Below, one piece after another: positions 1-9,145 of a DNA stretch of 64,000 bases; within the stretch, counting starts at the first letter, position 1, and the number at the start of each line of letters is the position of its first letter. The position numbers were made by a program, and so were the translations under genes. The notes under the pieces are model-generated. The model was not told the DNA's origin and searched no databases. It saw only the letters and a program-made list of their open reading frames with translations. This DNA is from an uncultured Elusimicrobia bacterium (GTDB lineage: Bacteria > Elusimicrobiota > Elusimicrobia > Elusimicrobiales > UBA9959): assembly GCA_903867985.1 (NCBI GenBank), contig CAIPTO010000082.1:7580-71579 (forward strand), in the 5' to 3' direction.

Positions 1-460
1 AAAGCGTGAGGACCGGGATGAGCGTCAGCAGAAACTGCGGGATGATTTCCAGAACATGCGTTAGCTTTTCGTTCAGTTTTAAACTTGCCAGGAACGGGTA
101 GCTGTTTACGAGTTTTGAGTTCAGATTCAGAACGAACTGCTGGATGCGGTCGGCGTAAGCCGGCCACGACTGCTGCAGTGTATCCATCTCGAACGAAAGG
201 AAATGAAAAAGAAGATATATGCACACGAAGATAAGGACGCCCACCGTCATGTAGAGGCCGATGACGGCGTATAGCCGCTTTATCCCGCGCACTTCAAAGT
301 ATTTTATTATCGGATTAAGGATGTAGGCGAGAGCGGCGCTGAGGATGAAAGGGAATACCGCGCCTTTAGCCAGAACCAGCATATAGGCGAACCCCAGGAC
401 GATAAAAACCGGGAGGATGAATTCCCGGTAACTTCTTTTAGCGGCGGGTTCGTTAGCCAT
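1..460 (-). CDS. AI-2E family transporter (PerM-like), 5' part; runs off window
   Basis: Manual translation from ATG at 460: MANEPAAKRSYREFILPVFIVLGFAYMLVLAKGAVFPFILSAALAYILNPIIKYFEVRGIKR; the PF..S..LAYILNP pattern is typical of AI-2E transporters. Confidence 0.8.
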   Translation of the reverse strand, partial: MANEPAAKRSYREFILPVFIVLGFAYMLVLAKGAVFPFILSAALAYILNPIIKYFEVRGIKRLYAVIGLYMTVGVLIFVCIYLLFHFLSFEMDTLQQSWPAYADRIQQFVLNLNSKLVNSYPFLASLKLNEKLTHVLEIIPQFLLTLIPVLTL

Positions 461-478
461 AAAAATATCCGGATTTCT

Positions 479-970
479 TTATCCCTGCGGCTTCTCTATC
501 ACGGCGCGCAGGCGGGCCGACATGATCTTGGCCAGTTGCGTGGCGATGACCACGCCGATCTTAGGCCGCGCGAAAAGCAGCGTTTCCAGCTTGATTTTAA
601 ATAGCATGAAGACTTTCGTCTCTTCAAGCGCGTAAACGGTGGCGGTTCTGGGCATCTCTTCAAGGAGCGCCATCTCTCCGAAAAATTCTCCGGGTTGCAC
701 CTCGGCGATGATCTCGCTCTTCTCCGTATCGCGCTCCATTCTTGACAGCGCTATCTTGCCGGAGAAGACTATGAACAGCGCCCGGCCGATGTCGCCTTGG
801 GTGAAAATGGTCTCGCCTTTGAGATATGTGCGTTCCTGAAGGTTTTCCAGGATGTGAATAAGGTCCCGTTTTTTTATGCCTTCAAAAAGACGGATGCTTT
901 TCAGGAAATCTATTTTTCTGAGCGTTTCCTTGTCGTAGAGGCGGTTTAATATGTTTATCACTTTAAACAT
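479..970 (-). CDS. Cyclic nucleotide-binding domain protein (no HTH)
   Basis: GETIFTQGD, PGEFFGEMALL..PRTATV cNMP-binding motifs. Confidence 0.9.
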   Translation of the reverse strand: MFKVINILNRLYDKETLRKIDFLKSIRLFEGIKKRDLIHILENLQERTYLKGETIFTQGDIGRALFIVFSGKIALSRMERDTEKSEIIAEVQPGEFFGEMALLEEMPRTATVYALEETKVFMLFKIKLETLLFARPKIGVVIATQLAKIMSARLRAVIEKPQG

Positions 971-1042
971 TCTTTCTCCCGTGAAAAGTGCGGATATAGG
1001 TTTGGGGGCGTGGCGGAGTCGGATTGCGACCCGTGCTTTTTC

Positions 1043-1291
1043 CTATTTTTTAAAGAATCCGTAAATACTTTGCGCCGCGCGAAACCAGCCGGACGAAATG
1101 CCGCTCGCGACTGTCTGAACGGCGCTGACGACCGGGTCCAGGGCGGTAAGTTTCCCGTCCGCGTTCAGGGCAAGGTATTCCACTGCCTTGGCGGTATAGC
1201 GCACCTGTCTCAGGGTGAGGATCGCCTGCGCTGCGAGCGCGACGAAAGCCAGGGTCGCTACGATTACGCATACTGTAATTACGGTTGTCAT
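1043..1291 (-). CDS. Small single-TM membrane protein (DUF948-like)
   Basis: N-terminal TM then amphipathic helix; AGGAG upstream on minus strand; co-oriented with neighbours. Confidence 0.6.
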   Translation of the reverse strand: MTTVITVCVIVATLAFVALAAQAILTLRQVRYTAKAVEYLALNADGKLTALDPVVSAVQTVASGISSGWFRAAQSIYGFFKK

Positions 1292-1436
1292 GATATTCTC
1301 CTGAGAAAAAAATAAAGGGCTGATTTCAGCTTCTTATTAGAGTATATAAAATTTCGCCCCGTTCATTACTATTGCCGCTCGGTAATGGGGGGGGGGCGGC
1401 TGCGTTCCGCGCATGATTGCGGCCGGCAGGGAGGCG

Positions 1437-1811
1437 CTATTTGTTTAAGATACGGCGTTCAAGAACCTTGATCCTGGCCAGTAGGATGTCGTTGTTAAAG
1501 GGTTTGGGCAGGTAGTCGTCCGCCCCTGTTTCATAGCCGCGCACCTGGTCTTTGGCTTGTGTCATGACGGTCAGCATGAGTACGGGCATCTTCTTAAATC
1601 TGCCGTCCCTTCTTATGTGGTTCAAGAGTTCAAATCCGTCCATCTCCGGCATGTTCACGTCCAGCACCGCCATATCCGCCCCGTCGGCCTTAAGCCTCTC
1701 CCAAGCCAGGAGTCCGTTCATCTCCGCGGCCACCTCGTAACCCGCTTCGGTAAGTACTTCAGCCAGCAGGTCCCTGAAAACATCGTTGTCTTCGGCTATC
1801 AGTATTTTCAT
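1437..1811 (-). CDS. Single-domain response regulator (receiver)
   Basis: ILIAEDN, VLDVNMPEMDG, MLT, DDYLPKPF. Confidence 0.93.
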   Translation of the reverse strand: MKILIAEDNDVFRDLLAEVLTEAGYEVAAEMNGLLAWERLKADGADMAVLDVNMPEMDGFELLNHIRRDGRFKKMPVLMLTVMTQAKDQVRGYETGADDYLPKPFNNDILLARIKVLERRILNK

Positions 1812-2536
1812 AAATTTCCCTCCGCCCTGCCTTTATAAGTGTATCCGGTTCCGTAAACTGTTTTTATATTTTCCCCGTATGATCCCAATTTGTGTCTCAA
1901 AGATTCCACATGTTTATCGATGGTTTCAAAATTGACATGGCCGGATTTTTCCTGCCAGATAGTCTCCATCAGGGATTTTCTTGAAACCACGTGGTTTTCG
2001 TTCCCCAGGAGCATGAAAAAAATTTCAAATTCTTTAGGCGTTAGATCGTCAAGGATTTTGTTTTTGCCCGAGGGCAGGCGCAATTTAACGGTTTTTGCGG
2101 CTCTGTCCGTTTCAATATGCCCGTCCGCGGACTTGATCAGGGTCCTGGCCATGTTCAGGCTGGGTAAAAGACGCCGCATGTGGGCTTTTGTTTTTGAAAG
2201 CAGCACCTCTTCGTCTATATCGCTGGTTATAAAATCGTCGGCTCCGTTCTCAAGGAAACCGGAGATATCCGAATTGGAGACTTTGCCCGGGCGGCTGAAG
2301 ACTATTACCGCGATATTATTCCTTCCGTTCAGGAGGGTTTTAAGATCCCCGGGTGAAGCGAGCCCGTCGGCGCATATTTCCACGAACGCCAGTCCCCAGG
2401 CGTCCTTAGATATACTGTTGATCGCCGCCAGGTTCGGGAGCGGAGTGACGCTGAAACGCGCTCTGGAAAACACGCTGCGCCATTTGTCGGATGTTTCCCC
2501 GTCCTGGGTGACAAGCCATAAAGTGAATTTAATCAT
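1808..2536 (-). CDS. OmpR-family winged-helix regulator with atypical receiver
   Basis: LTPKEFEI, VVSRKSLMETIW, IDKHVESLRHKL, IKTVYGTGY; receiver has FVE instead of the phospho-Asp motif. Confidence 0.85.
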   Translation of the reverse strand: MIKFTLWLVTQDGETSDKWRSVFSRARFSVTPLPNLAAINSISKDAWGLAFVEICADGLASPGDLKTLLNGRNNIAVIVFSRPGKVSNSDISGFLENGADDFITSDIDEEVLLSKTKAHMRRLLPSLNMARTLIKSADGHIETDRAAKTVKLRLPSGKNKILDDLTPKEFEIFFMLLGNENHVVSRKSLMETIWQEKSGHVNFETIDKHVESLRHKLGSYGENIKTVYGTGYTYKGRAEGNL

Positions 2537-2571
2537 AATGCGTAATCCGGGTATTATATAATAAGTACCAC

Positions 2572-2670
2572 ATATATCCGATATGTCCGGCTATATCTGA
2601 AACTCTAAATTTGGCCGGACCATGAGCTGACTATACCAATGGCGTTGTTATAATGTAATATTATTATAAC
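2572..2670. promoter_or_regulatory. Divergent promoter region: three ~9-bp direct repeats plus back-to-back TATAAT boxes
   Basis: ATATATCCG/ATATGTCCG/CTATATCTG at 2572-2599; GTTATAAT-N8-ATTATAAC at 2647-2670, with TGn-TATAAT extended -10 on + strand. Confidence 0.5.
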
Positions 2671-2726
2671 TTTTCTGAAACATCGTTTCCGTACAATTTA
2701 ACTGAACGGTACAAAGGGAGATTACT

Positions 2727-3464
2727 ATGGATTTAAGTACTATTTTCGGAGTATTCGCTTTCGCGCTGCTTATTTTCGTGGGTATAATCACCCACCAGCT
2801 TACAGATTCGCTGGTGAATCTGCACGGCGTTTTCGTCGTGCTCGGCGGCTGTTTTGTGGCTATGCTGCTTAACACTCCGCTTAAACACCTGGTCAAAGCG
2901 TTTGTGGGACTGAAATCGCTTATGCTGGATGATAATAGCGATGTTCAAAAGATCATCCCCGTTATGACCAGTCTGGCGGAGCAGTGCCGCATGAGGGGGC
3001 TGTCCGCTCTTAAGGACGCTGATCCTGCCATTGCAAAAGGCTTTCTGAGCCGAGTCTCGCTGGCCGCGCTGGAGTACAACGACTTTAATTTCGTAAAGCA
3101 GGTAATTGAACAGGAAATTAACCAGGGGGCCGATGAGACCAATGAAGTTGCGAATGTCTACCGGACAATGAGTCTTCTTATGCCCATGTTCGGCCTGCTT
3201 GGTACGCTGATCGGTATCATAGGCGTGCTGCGCGATCTCGCCAACCCGGAAAACGTCGGTCCGGCAATGGGCGTAGCCATAACTTCGGCTTTTTACGGCA
3301 TCTTCCTGGCTAATATGGTTTGCGTTCCTATAGCCGGCAAGATCCGCTCCAGGATCTGGCTGGACGTTAAAATGAAGTCCATGATCCTGGACGGCGTTCT
3401 GGAAATAATGAAAGGCAGCATTCCTATAGTTGTGGAGCGGAGGCTGCAGGCTTATCTGGGTTAG
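2727..3464 (+). CDS. motA: MotA/PomA-type stator subunit A
   Basis: MDLSTIFG N-terminus, VVLGG, PMFGLLGTLIGII..L..L.NP..VGPAMGVA..SAFYG..LAN....PIAGKI. Confidence 0.85.
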   Translation: MDLSTIFGVFAFALLIFVGIITHQLTDSLVNLHGVFVVLGGCFVAMLLNTPLKHLVKAFVGLKSLMLDDNSDVQKIIPVMTSLAEQCRMRGLSALKDADPAIAKGFLSRVSLAALEYNDFNFVKQVIEQEINQGADETNEVANVYRTMSLLMPMFGLLGTLIGIIGVLRDLANPENVGPAMGVAITSAFYGIFLANMVCVPIAGKIRSRIWLDVKMKSMILDGVLEIMKGSIPIVVERRLQAYLG

Positions 3465-3539
3465 CCCGGTCTTTTCGGTCGCCGCGACATCTGTTTTGAG
3501 CGTGCGTTAAAGAAGCACCTAAGGTTTCGGGGAATATTT

Positions 3540-4892
3540 ATGGAAAAGAAAAACTCGCTTTTCGCCGGATTGAATTCAGCCCCGGCCTCCCCGTTCTCTC
3601 CGGCGGCCGCGCCCAAACCGGCTGCTTCTGATCAGGATATTACGGCTCTTAAGCAGAAGATGGAGGCGCTGGAGGGGAGTATCGCCGCCGTGCTTGAGAA
3701 AAAAATAGGAGAGGCTTTAAAAGGCTCCGTTTCGGCCGCGCCCAGGCCTCCTGACATGAGCGCTCAATTTTTGCTGGCCAGAATAGGCGAGCTGGATAAA
3801 CGGCTGGAAGAATTTACCCGCAGCGCCACAGTGTCTTCTACACAGATGAAAAATATTGAGGAGTCCAAGATCAGCGCCCGCCGCGAGATAGAGGATCTGC
3901 TTAAAGTTGTGCGCGAGCAGCAGAAGTATTCCGAGCTCGACCGCCAGATGCACGATCAGCTTGAGAAATCCTGGCGCCGGGTGGAAGAGCTGGAAAAAAA
4001 GCTGATGGATTTTTACGGCTCGATCCTGGCCGGCCAGCAGAAGAAAGAAGATATAGACGGCATGCTTTCCAGAGACCTCGGCGGCAGGATAGAGGCGCTG
4101 GCCGCAAGGCTTGAACTGCACACGCAGGCTGTGGAGACTAAACTTCTGGCTCAGAGCGCTTCCCTTGCGGCGGTGGCTGATATAAAAAAAGAAGTTATGG
4201 CAGAACTCGGCAGGACCCGCGAGGAAACCATAGCTCTCGGAAAGGAGCAGGCCGCGGCTTTGCGGACCATGTTTGAGGAACTTATGCCGGGCTCGGTTAC
4301 CGCCGAACTTGAGCGGAGCCGCCGGGACGCGGCCGAAGAAATAGGGCTTTTTAAGAAAGAGTTCTCCGGATATATGGCTGACATGCGGGTAATGCTTGAT
4401 AATTTTAACCGCGCGGCGCGTGAGAACCTGGTCAGAGCTGAGGGGGTGCAGGAATCCGTCGCCAAAAATACGGCAGACACCGCCGCCCTTCTCAAGGGTA
4501 ATTTTGAAAAGATAAGCGAAACTCTGGACCGCGAAGGCGGCAAATTCCTGTCTGAACTTGAGCAGCGCAACAGGCGGCACTTTGAAGCCCTGAACACGAA
4601 ATACGCGGATGCTCTTTCGAACGCGTCCGTGCTGGATTTTATCGGCGCGTCGGCGGACGCTTCACTAAAAAAGATGGCGGCTCTGGAAGAGACGCTTTCC
4701 GGCCTGATAAATCAGGTAGATAAAGACAGACTCAGCGCGGCGCTGGGAGTTTCCGGCATGCTTATCCGTAAAAATTTTGAGGCCATGGAAGCGCTGCTGG
4801 CCGGGATCAGGCAGGACGCGTCCGGGCTTGAACGGATTAAAAATGAGACTGGCGAAAAATTAAAAGGCGTTTTCAGAGAAGGCGGCAAATAA
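3540..4892 (+). CDS. Hypothetical long coiled-coil cytoplasmic protein
   Basis: 450 aa, E/K/L/A-rich heptads, Pro/Ala-rich N-terminus, no TM; ends 4 bp before motB. Confidence 0.75.
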   Translation: MEKKNSLFAGLNSAPASPFSPAAAPKPAASDQDITALKQKMEALEGSIAAVLEKKIGEALKGSVSAAPRPPDMSAQFLLARIGELDKRLEEFTRSATVSSTQMKNIEESKISARREIEDLLKVVREQQKYSELDRQMHDQLEKSWRRVEELEKKLMDFYGSILAGQQKKEDIDGMLSRDLGGRIEALAARLELHTQAVETKLLAQSASLAAVADIKKEVMAELGRTREETIALGKEQAAALRTMFEELMPGSVTAELERSRRDAAEEIGLFKKEFSGYMADMRVMLDNFNRAARENLVRAEGVQESVAKNTADTAALLKGNFEKISETLDREGGKFLSELEQRNRRHFEALNTKYADALSNASVLDFIGASADASLKKMAALEETLSGLINQVDKDRLSAALGVSGMLIRKNFEAMEALLAGIRQDASGLERIKNETGEKLKGVFREGGK

Positions 4893-4896
4893 CGCT

Positions 4897-5586
4897 ATGA
4901 TACACCGAAACCGGAGGGAAGAACTGGAAAATCAGCTGAACAAGGGCGCTCTTTGGGCCGTCACCTACGGCGACCTTATGAGCTACCTGATGATATTCTT
5001 TCTGGTTCTCTTCTCTTTCTCCATAGCGAAGACTGACAAGGCCAAGACCCGTAAATACGAAGAGTCGCTTGTAAACATCCAGAAAGCTTTCGGCGGTAAG
5101 TTAGACAAAAAACAGGTTGAGCGCGCCAAAGCCCAGGATCAGGAAGATAAAGTGGCCGACAAGCTCAAGGAGAGCATGGCGAACAATCAGATGTCCAACC
5201 TGGTCCAGATAGATTCTAACGAACACAGGGTGAGGCTGGTTCTGACCGAAGCGGTACTTTTTGATTCCGGCAAGGCGGACCTGAGGGGGCGGGCTAAAGA
5301 CGTTCTTAAATCCATAGCCGAGGAGCTAAAGAAGCTGCCCAACGAAGTGCAGGTCGAGGGTCATACCGACAACGTGCCGATACGTGCCGGGCGGTACGCC
5401 ACCAACTGGGAACTGTCTATGGCCCGGGCCTACAGCGTTATACAATTTTTGGAATCGACAGGCATGGATCCCAAGAAACTGGCCGGAATCGGCTATGGGG
5501 AGAACCGGGCGGTGGCGGAAAATACCACTATAGAGGGACGAGCCAAGAACCGCCGCATAGAGATCTCGCTGCTGAAGACCGATTAA
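4897..5586 (+). CDS. motB: MotB-type stator subunit B with OmpA-like PG-binding domain
   Basis: WAVTYGDLMSYLMIFFLVLFS TM with conserved Asp; LFDSGKA, VEGHTDNVP, NWELSMARA, NRRIEI. Confidence 0.9.
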   Translation: MIHRNRREELENQLNKGALWAVTYGDLMSYLMIFFLVLFSFSIAKTDKAKTRKYEESLVNIQKAFGGKLDKKQVERAKAQDQEDKVADKLKESMANNQMSNLVQIDSNEHRVRLVLTEAVLFDSGKADLRGRAKDVLKSIAEELKKLPNEVQVEGHTDNVPIRAGRYATNWELSMARAYSVIQFLESTGMDPKKLAGIGYGENRAVAENTTIEGRAKNRRIEISLLKTD

Positions 5587-5734
5587 GATTCCCTGAGTCA
5601 AAATAACTTTTTAAGTCAACCCCGAAAAGTCAGGTTCCTTTTTGATGTTTTTGTGCCCCAAACATCAAAGGGAGCCCGTTATATTTTGTATAATTACTCT
5701 GATTTATACGTCACGATACGAGGATACTACACAG

Positions 5735-8596
5735 ATGACCACTGAAAACATGGACTACTCCAAAACGGTTTTTCTGCCTAAGACGGCTTTCTCCATGAAA
5801 GCCGACTTGCCAAAAAAAGAGCCCGGCCTGCTGGAGTTCTGGAATAAAATAAACCTTTACGCCAAAATGCTGGAAAAACGCAAAGACGCCAAGCCTTATA
5901 TCCTGCACGACGGGCCGCCGTACGCCAACGGCCACATTCATATCGGCCACGCCCTGAATAAACTCCTAAAGGACATGACGGTAAAGTCCCGCTGCCTCAC
6001 CGGTCATTATACACCCTATGTTCCCGGCTGGGACTGTCACGGCCTTCCCATAGAGCAGGCCCTGCTCAAAGAACTGAAGATGGGCAAAAGGCATATTGAC
6101 GACGTAGCCGCTTTCAGGAAAAAGGCCAGGGAATTCGCCGGGAAATTTATAGACATACAGCGCGAAGAATTTAAGCGCCTGGGGATCATGGCCGATTGGG
6201 CTAATCCGTATATCACCATGTCCAACGACTACGAGGGCACGGTCATAAAAGCTTTCCGTGAACTGCTGGAAAAAGGCCATATTCACCGGGACAAGAAGAC
6301 TATTTACTGGTGCATCTCCTGCGAGACCGCCCTGGCCGACGCAGAGGTTGAATACAAGGACAAGACGTCGCCGTCCGTCTATGTTAAATTCCCGCTCCGG
6401 GACCCTTCAATATCTCTTTTCGGCGCCGCAGTCGAAGGGAGAAAGGTTTCTATCGTTATCTGGACCACCACGCCCTGGACCCTGCCGTCCAATATGGCGG
6501 CCGCCGTCTCGAAAGAAGAAACCTACCGTCTGCTGAACATAGATGGGGAATATCTGGTAGTGGCCGATAAACTGGCGGATTCTTTCCTTGCCGAAACCGG
6601 CGTTAATGCTTCTAAGGGCGCGCAGATCCCGGGCGAAAAATTGGTGGGCCTGAAATACGACCATTGCCTTGCGCCGCATATGCCTGAAAGCCGCCGCTTT
6701 CCAAGGGTCATAATCTCCACTGATTTCGTGGATATGTCCACCGGCACGGGCATCGTGCATATAGCGCCCGGACACGGAGAAGAAGACTTTCACGCCGGCA
6801 AGAAATGGGGGCTTGAAGTGTTCTGTCCGGTAAACGAGGAAGGCCGCTTCACCGCTGACGCCGGCATATTTGAGGGGCTGAAAGTTTTTGAGGCAAATGA
6901 AAAAGTGCTTGAAACTTTGAAAGGAGACGGATTGCTGCTCGGCTCCAAGGTCATATCTCACAGCTATCCGCACTGCTGGCGCTGCAAACAGCCTGTCATC
7001 TTTCGCGCCACTGAGCAATGGTTTCTCAAGGTGGACCTGAAAGACCTGCGCGGAGCGCTGCTTAAGGAAGCCGACAAGGTAGAGTGGATCCCCAAAGCCG
7101 GCCACGAGCGTATGGTTTCAATGCTCAAACAGCGGCCAGACTGGTGCCTTTCCCGCCAGAGATACTGGGGGACTCCGATCATGGCTCTGTACTGCGAGGA
7201 CTGCGGCAAGCCTCAGACAGACAGCGGCCTGCTGAAAGGCTTTGAGGAAAGAGTGTTCAGCGAAGGCAGCGATTTTTGGTTCTCCGAAGATGTTAAAAGC
7301 TTGCTCCCCACGGGGTATAAATGCGCCTGCGGCGGAACCGCGTTCCGCAAAGAAAAAGACATCATGGACGTATGGCTGGATTCGGGCGTTTCCTGGTACG
7401 CGGTCTTAAAAGACAAAAAAAGGTTCCCGGTGACCGGTAGCCAATCCGCCCTGTCACCTATGACCGCTGGTTCCGCCTACCCCGCCGACATGTACCTGGA
7501 AGGTTCCGACCAGCACCGCGGCTGGTTCCAGACCTCGCTTATTCCGTCGGTGGCGCTCAACGGCCATCCGCCCTATAAGACAGTGCTTACCCACGGCTTC
7601 GTCCTGGACGACCACGGCCGGGCCATGCATAAATCCATGGGCAATGTCGTAGCTCCCCAGGAAGTAATAACCAAGTACGGCGCCGAAGTGCTGCGCCTCT
7701 GGGTGGCTCTGAGCGACTATTCAGAGGATATCCGCATTTCAGACAAGCTTCTCAGCGGCCCCATAGACACCTACCGCAAGATCCGCAACACTATGCGCTA
7801 CCTGCTCGGGAATTTGAGCGACTTTAAACCCGAAAACAGGCTTGAGGAAGCCCGCCTTCTGGAGATAGACCGCTATATACTTATGCGCCTGGCTGAAGTC
7901 ACAGCTAAGGTGCGCGGACATTATGAAGCATTCGAGTTCCGTCAGGCCATACGCGCCGTCACGGATTTCTGCATATTGGACCTTTCGGCTTTTTATCTGG
8001 ACGCTATTAAGGACCGGCTATACACTTATAGCGCGGATTCCGTGGAGCGCCGCTCAGCCCAGACCGCGCTTTACGACATACTGACCGCCGTTCTTAAGAT
8101 GATCAGCCCTGTGCTGTCGTTCACGGCCGAGGAAGGTTGGCAGACGCTTAAGGCCGAGATAGCGCCGGGGCTTGAAGAGAGCGTTTTCCTGACCGACTAC
8201 CCCCGATTTGCGGACTCACGGCTGAATAAAGAGCTTGGAGAAAAATGGGCGCGCATGATGGGGCTGCGCGAAACAGTTACTAAGGCCATAGAGGAGCGCC
8301 GCCGCGAAACCGTCGTCGGCTCTTCGCTGGAGGCCAAAGTCACTTTCCGTACCTCCGGCGCGGATATGAATAAATTCCTTTCCGATACGCTGTCTTTCTG
8401 GCCTCAGATACTTATCGTTTCATCCTGCGCGCTTGAGTTTGACCCCGCGGCCGGGGAGTTTGAGGTCCGGGTGGAGCATGCGGACGGAGACAAGTGCCCG
8501 CGCTGCTGGCAATGGAAGAAGGATATAGGGGCGGATGCCGCGCGCGCCGGGGTCTGCGGCCGCTGCGCCGAAGCCCTGAATAAAATAAAGGCCTGA
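5735..8596 (+). CDS. ileS: Isoleucine--tRNA ligase
   Basis: HDGPPYANGHIHIGH, PGWDCHGLPIE, WCLSRQRYWG, EGSDQHRGWF, MHKS, C-terminal CPRC..CGRC; start moved to ATG 5735 (GAGGA upstream). Confidence 0.97.
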   Translation: MTTENMDYSKTVFLPKTAFSMKADLPKKEPGLLEFWNKINLYAKMLEKRKDAKPYILHDGPPYANGHIHIGHALNKLLKDMTVKSRCLTGHYTPYVPGWDCHGLPIEQALLKELKMGKRHIDDVAAFRKKAREFAGKFIDIQREEFKRLGIMADWANPYITMSNDYEGTVIKAFRELLEKGHIHRDKKTIYWCISCETALADAEVEYKDKTSPSVYVKFPLRDPSISLFGAAVEGRKVSIVIWTTTPWTLPSNMAAAVSKEETYRLLNIDGEYLVVADKLADSFLAETGVNASKGAQIPGEKLVGLKYDHCLAPHMPESRRFPRVIISTDFVDMSTGTGIVHIAPGHGEEDFHAGKKWGLEVFCPVNEEGRFTADAGIFEGLKVFEANEKVLETLKGDGLLLGSKVISHSYPHCWRCKQPVIFRATEQWFLKVDLKDLRGALLKEADKVEWIPKAGHERMVSMLKQRPDWCLSRQRYWGTPIMALYCEDCGKPQTDSGLLKGFEERVFSEGSDFWFSEDVKSLLPTGYKCACGGTAFRKEKDIMDVWLDSGVSWYAVLKDKKRFPVTGSQSALSPMTAGSAYPADMYLEGSDQHRGWFQTSLIPSVALNGHPPYKTVLTHGFVLDDHGRAMHKSMGNVVAPQEVITKYGAEVLRLWVALSDYSEDIRISDKLLSGPIDTYRKIRNTMRYLLGNLSDFKPENRLEEARLLEIDRYILMRLAEVTAKVRGHYEAFEFRQAIRAVTDFCILDLSAFYLDAIKDRLYTYSADSVERRSAQTALYDILTAVLKMISPVLSFTAEEGWQTLKAEIAPGLEESVFLTDYPRFADSRLNKELGEKWARMMGLRETVTKAIEERRRETVVGSSLEAKVTFRTSGADMNKFLSDTLSFWPQILIVSSCALEFDPAAGEFEVRVEHADGDKCPRCWQWKKDIGADAARAGVCGRCAEALNKIKA
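7422..7471. repeat. Degenerate heptamer inverted array inside ileS
   Basis: GGTTCCC GGTGACC GGTAGCC ... CTGTCAC CTATGAC; coincides with extra residues before YPADMYLEGSDQ. Confidence 0.4.
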
Positions 8597-8612
8597 ACCG
8601 GGACACTGGACT

Positions 8613-9092
8613 ATGGGTCTATTTGTAAACGCCTGTGAGAAAATTAAGACCCCCGGTTTACTTCTCCGGGGCTTTGAACCGGCATTGGTGCTGGCGATTT
8701 TTTCCCTGGACCGCTTCACTAAGGCCCTCGCTATTAAACATCTGTACCTCAAATCTGAGGTGATCCTGCCTTTTTTAAGGTTTACGTACGTTGAAAATAC
8801 CGGCGTGGCTTTCGGTATGTTCAGAGATAGCAATAATTTCTTTATCGCTTTTTCCGTCGTTCTTATCGCCGCGCTGCTGGTTTTCAGGATGAAATGTTCC
8901 GTGCGCGGCCTGGCCGCCACCGCGGGCTTTGCGCTGGTTTTGGGAGGGGCTTTGGGCAACCTCTACGACAGAATATTTTACGGGTTTGTGGCGGATTTTT
9001 TCGATTTTTCTTTTTTCCCTGCGGTTTTCAACGTCGCCGACAGTGCGATAACGGTCGGAGCCTTTTTTCTGATATTAGGCCTCAGGGAATGA
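8613..9092 (+). CDS. lspA: Lipoprotein signal peptidase II
   Basis: DRFTK, ENTGVAFG, GGALGNLYDR, VADFF, FNVAD; follows ileS. Confidence 0.93.
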   Translation: MGLFVNACEKIKTPGLLLRGFEPALVLAIFSLDRFTKALAIKHLYLKSEVILPFLRFTYVENTGVAFGMFRDSNNFFIAFSVVLIAALLVFRMKCSVRGLAATAGFALVLGGALGNLYDRIFYGFVADFFDFSFFPAVFNVADSAITVGAFFLILGLRE

Positions 9093-9145
9093 TTTCAAGG
9101 AGTTAGCGGAGTTACTGTCTTGCTGCCGCGCTGTCTGTAATTTTT

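Noticed and set aside
1374-1400. G10 tract as a phase-variation switch
   Set aside because: Intergenic, part of a GCCGCTC/GGGCGGC stem, and not clearly within a promoter spacer or ORF.
2727-5586. Annotating the locus as a Zorya defence system
   Set aside because: MotA and MotB look flagellar-stator-like and no ZorC/D/E genes are adjacent; kept only as an architectural analogy.
5587-5734. T-box leader for ileS (also considered for thrS)
   Set aside because: Leaders are too short and I see no T-box consensus.
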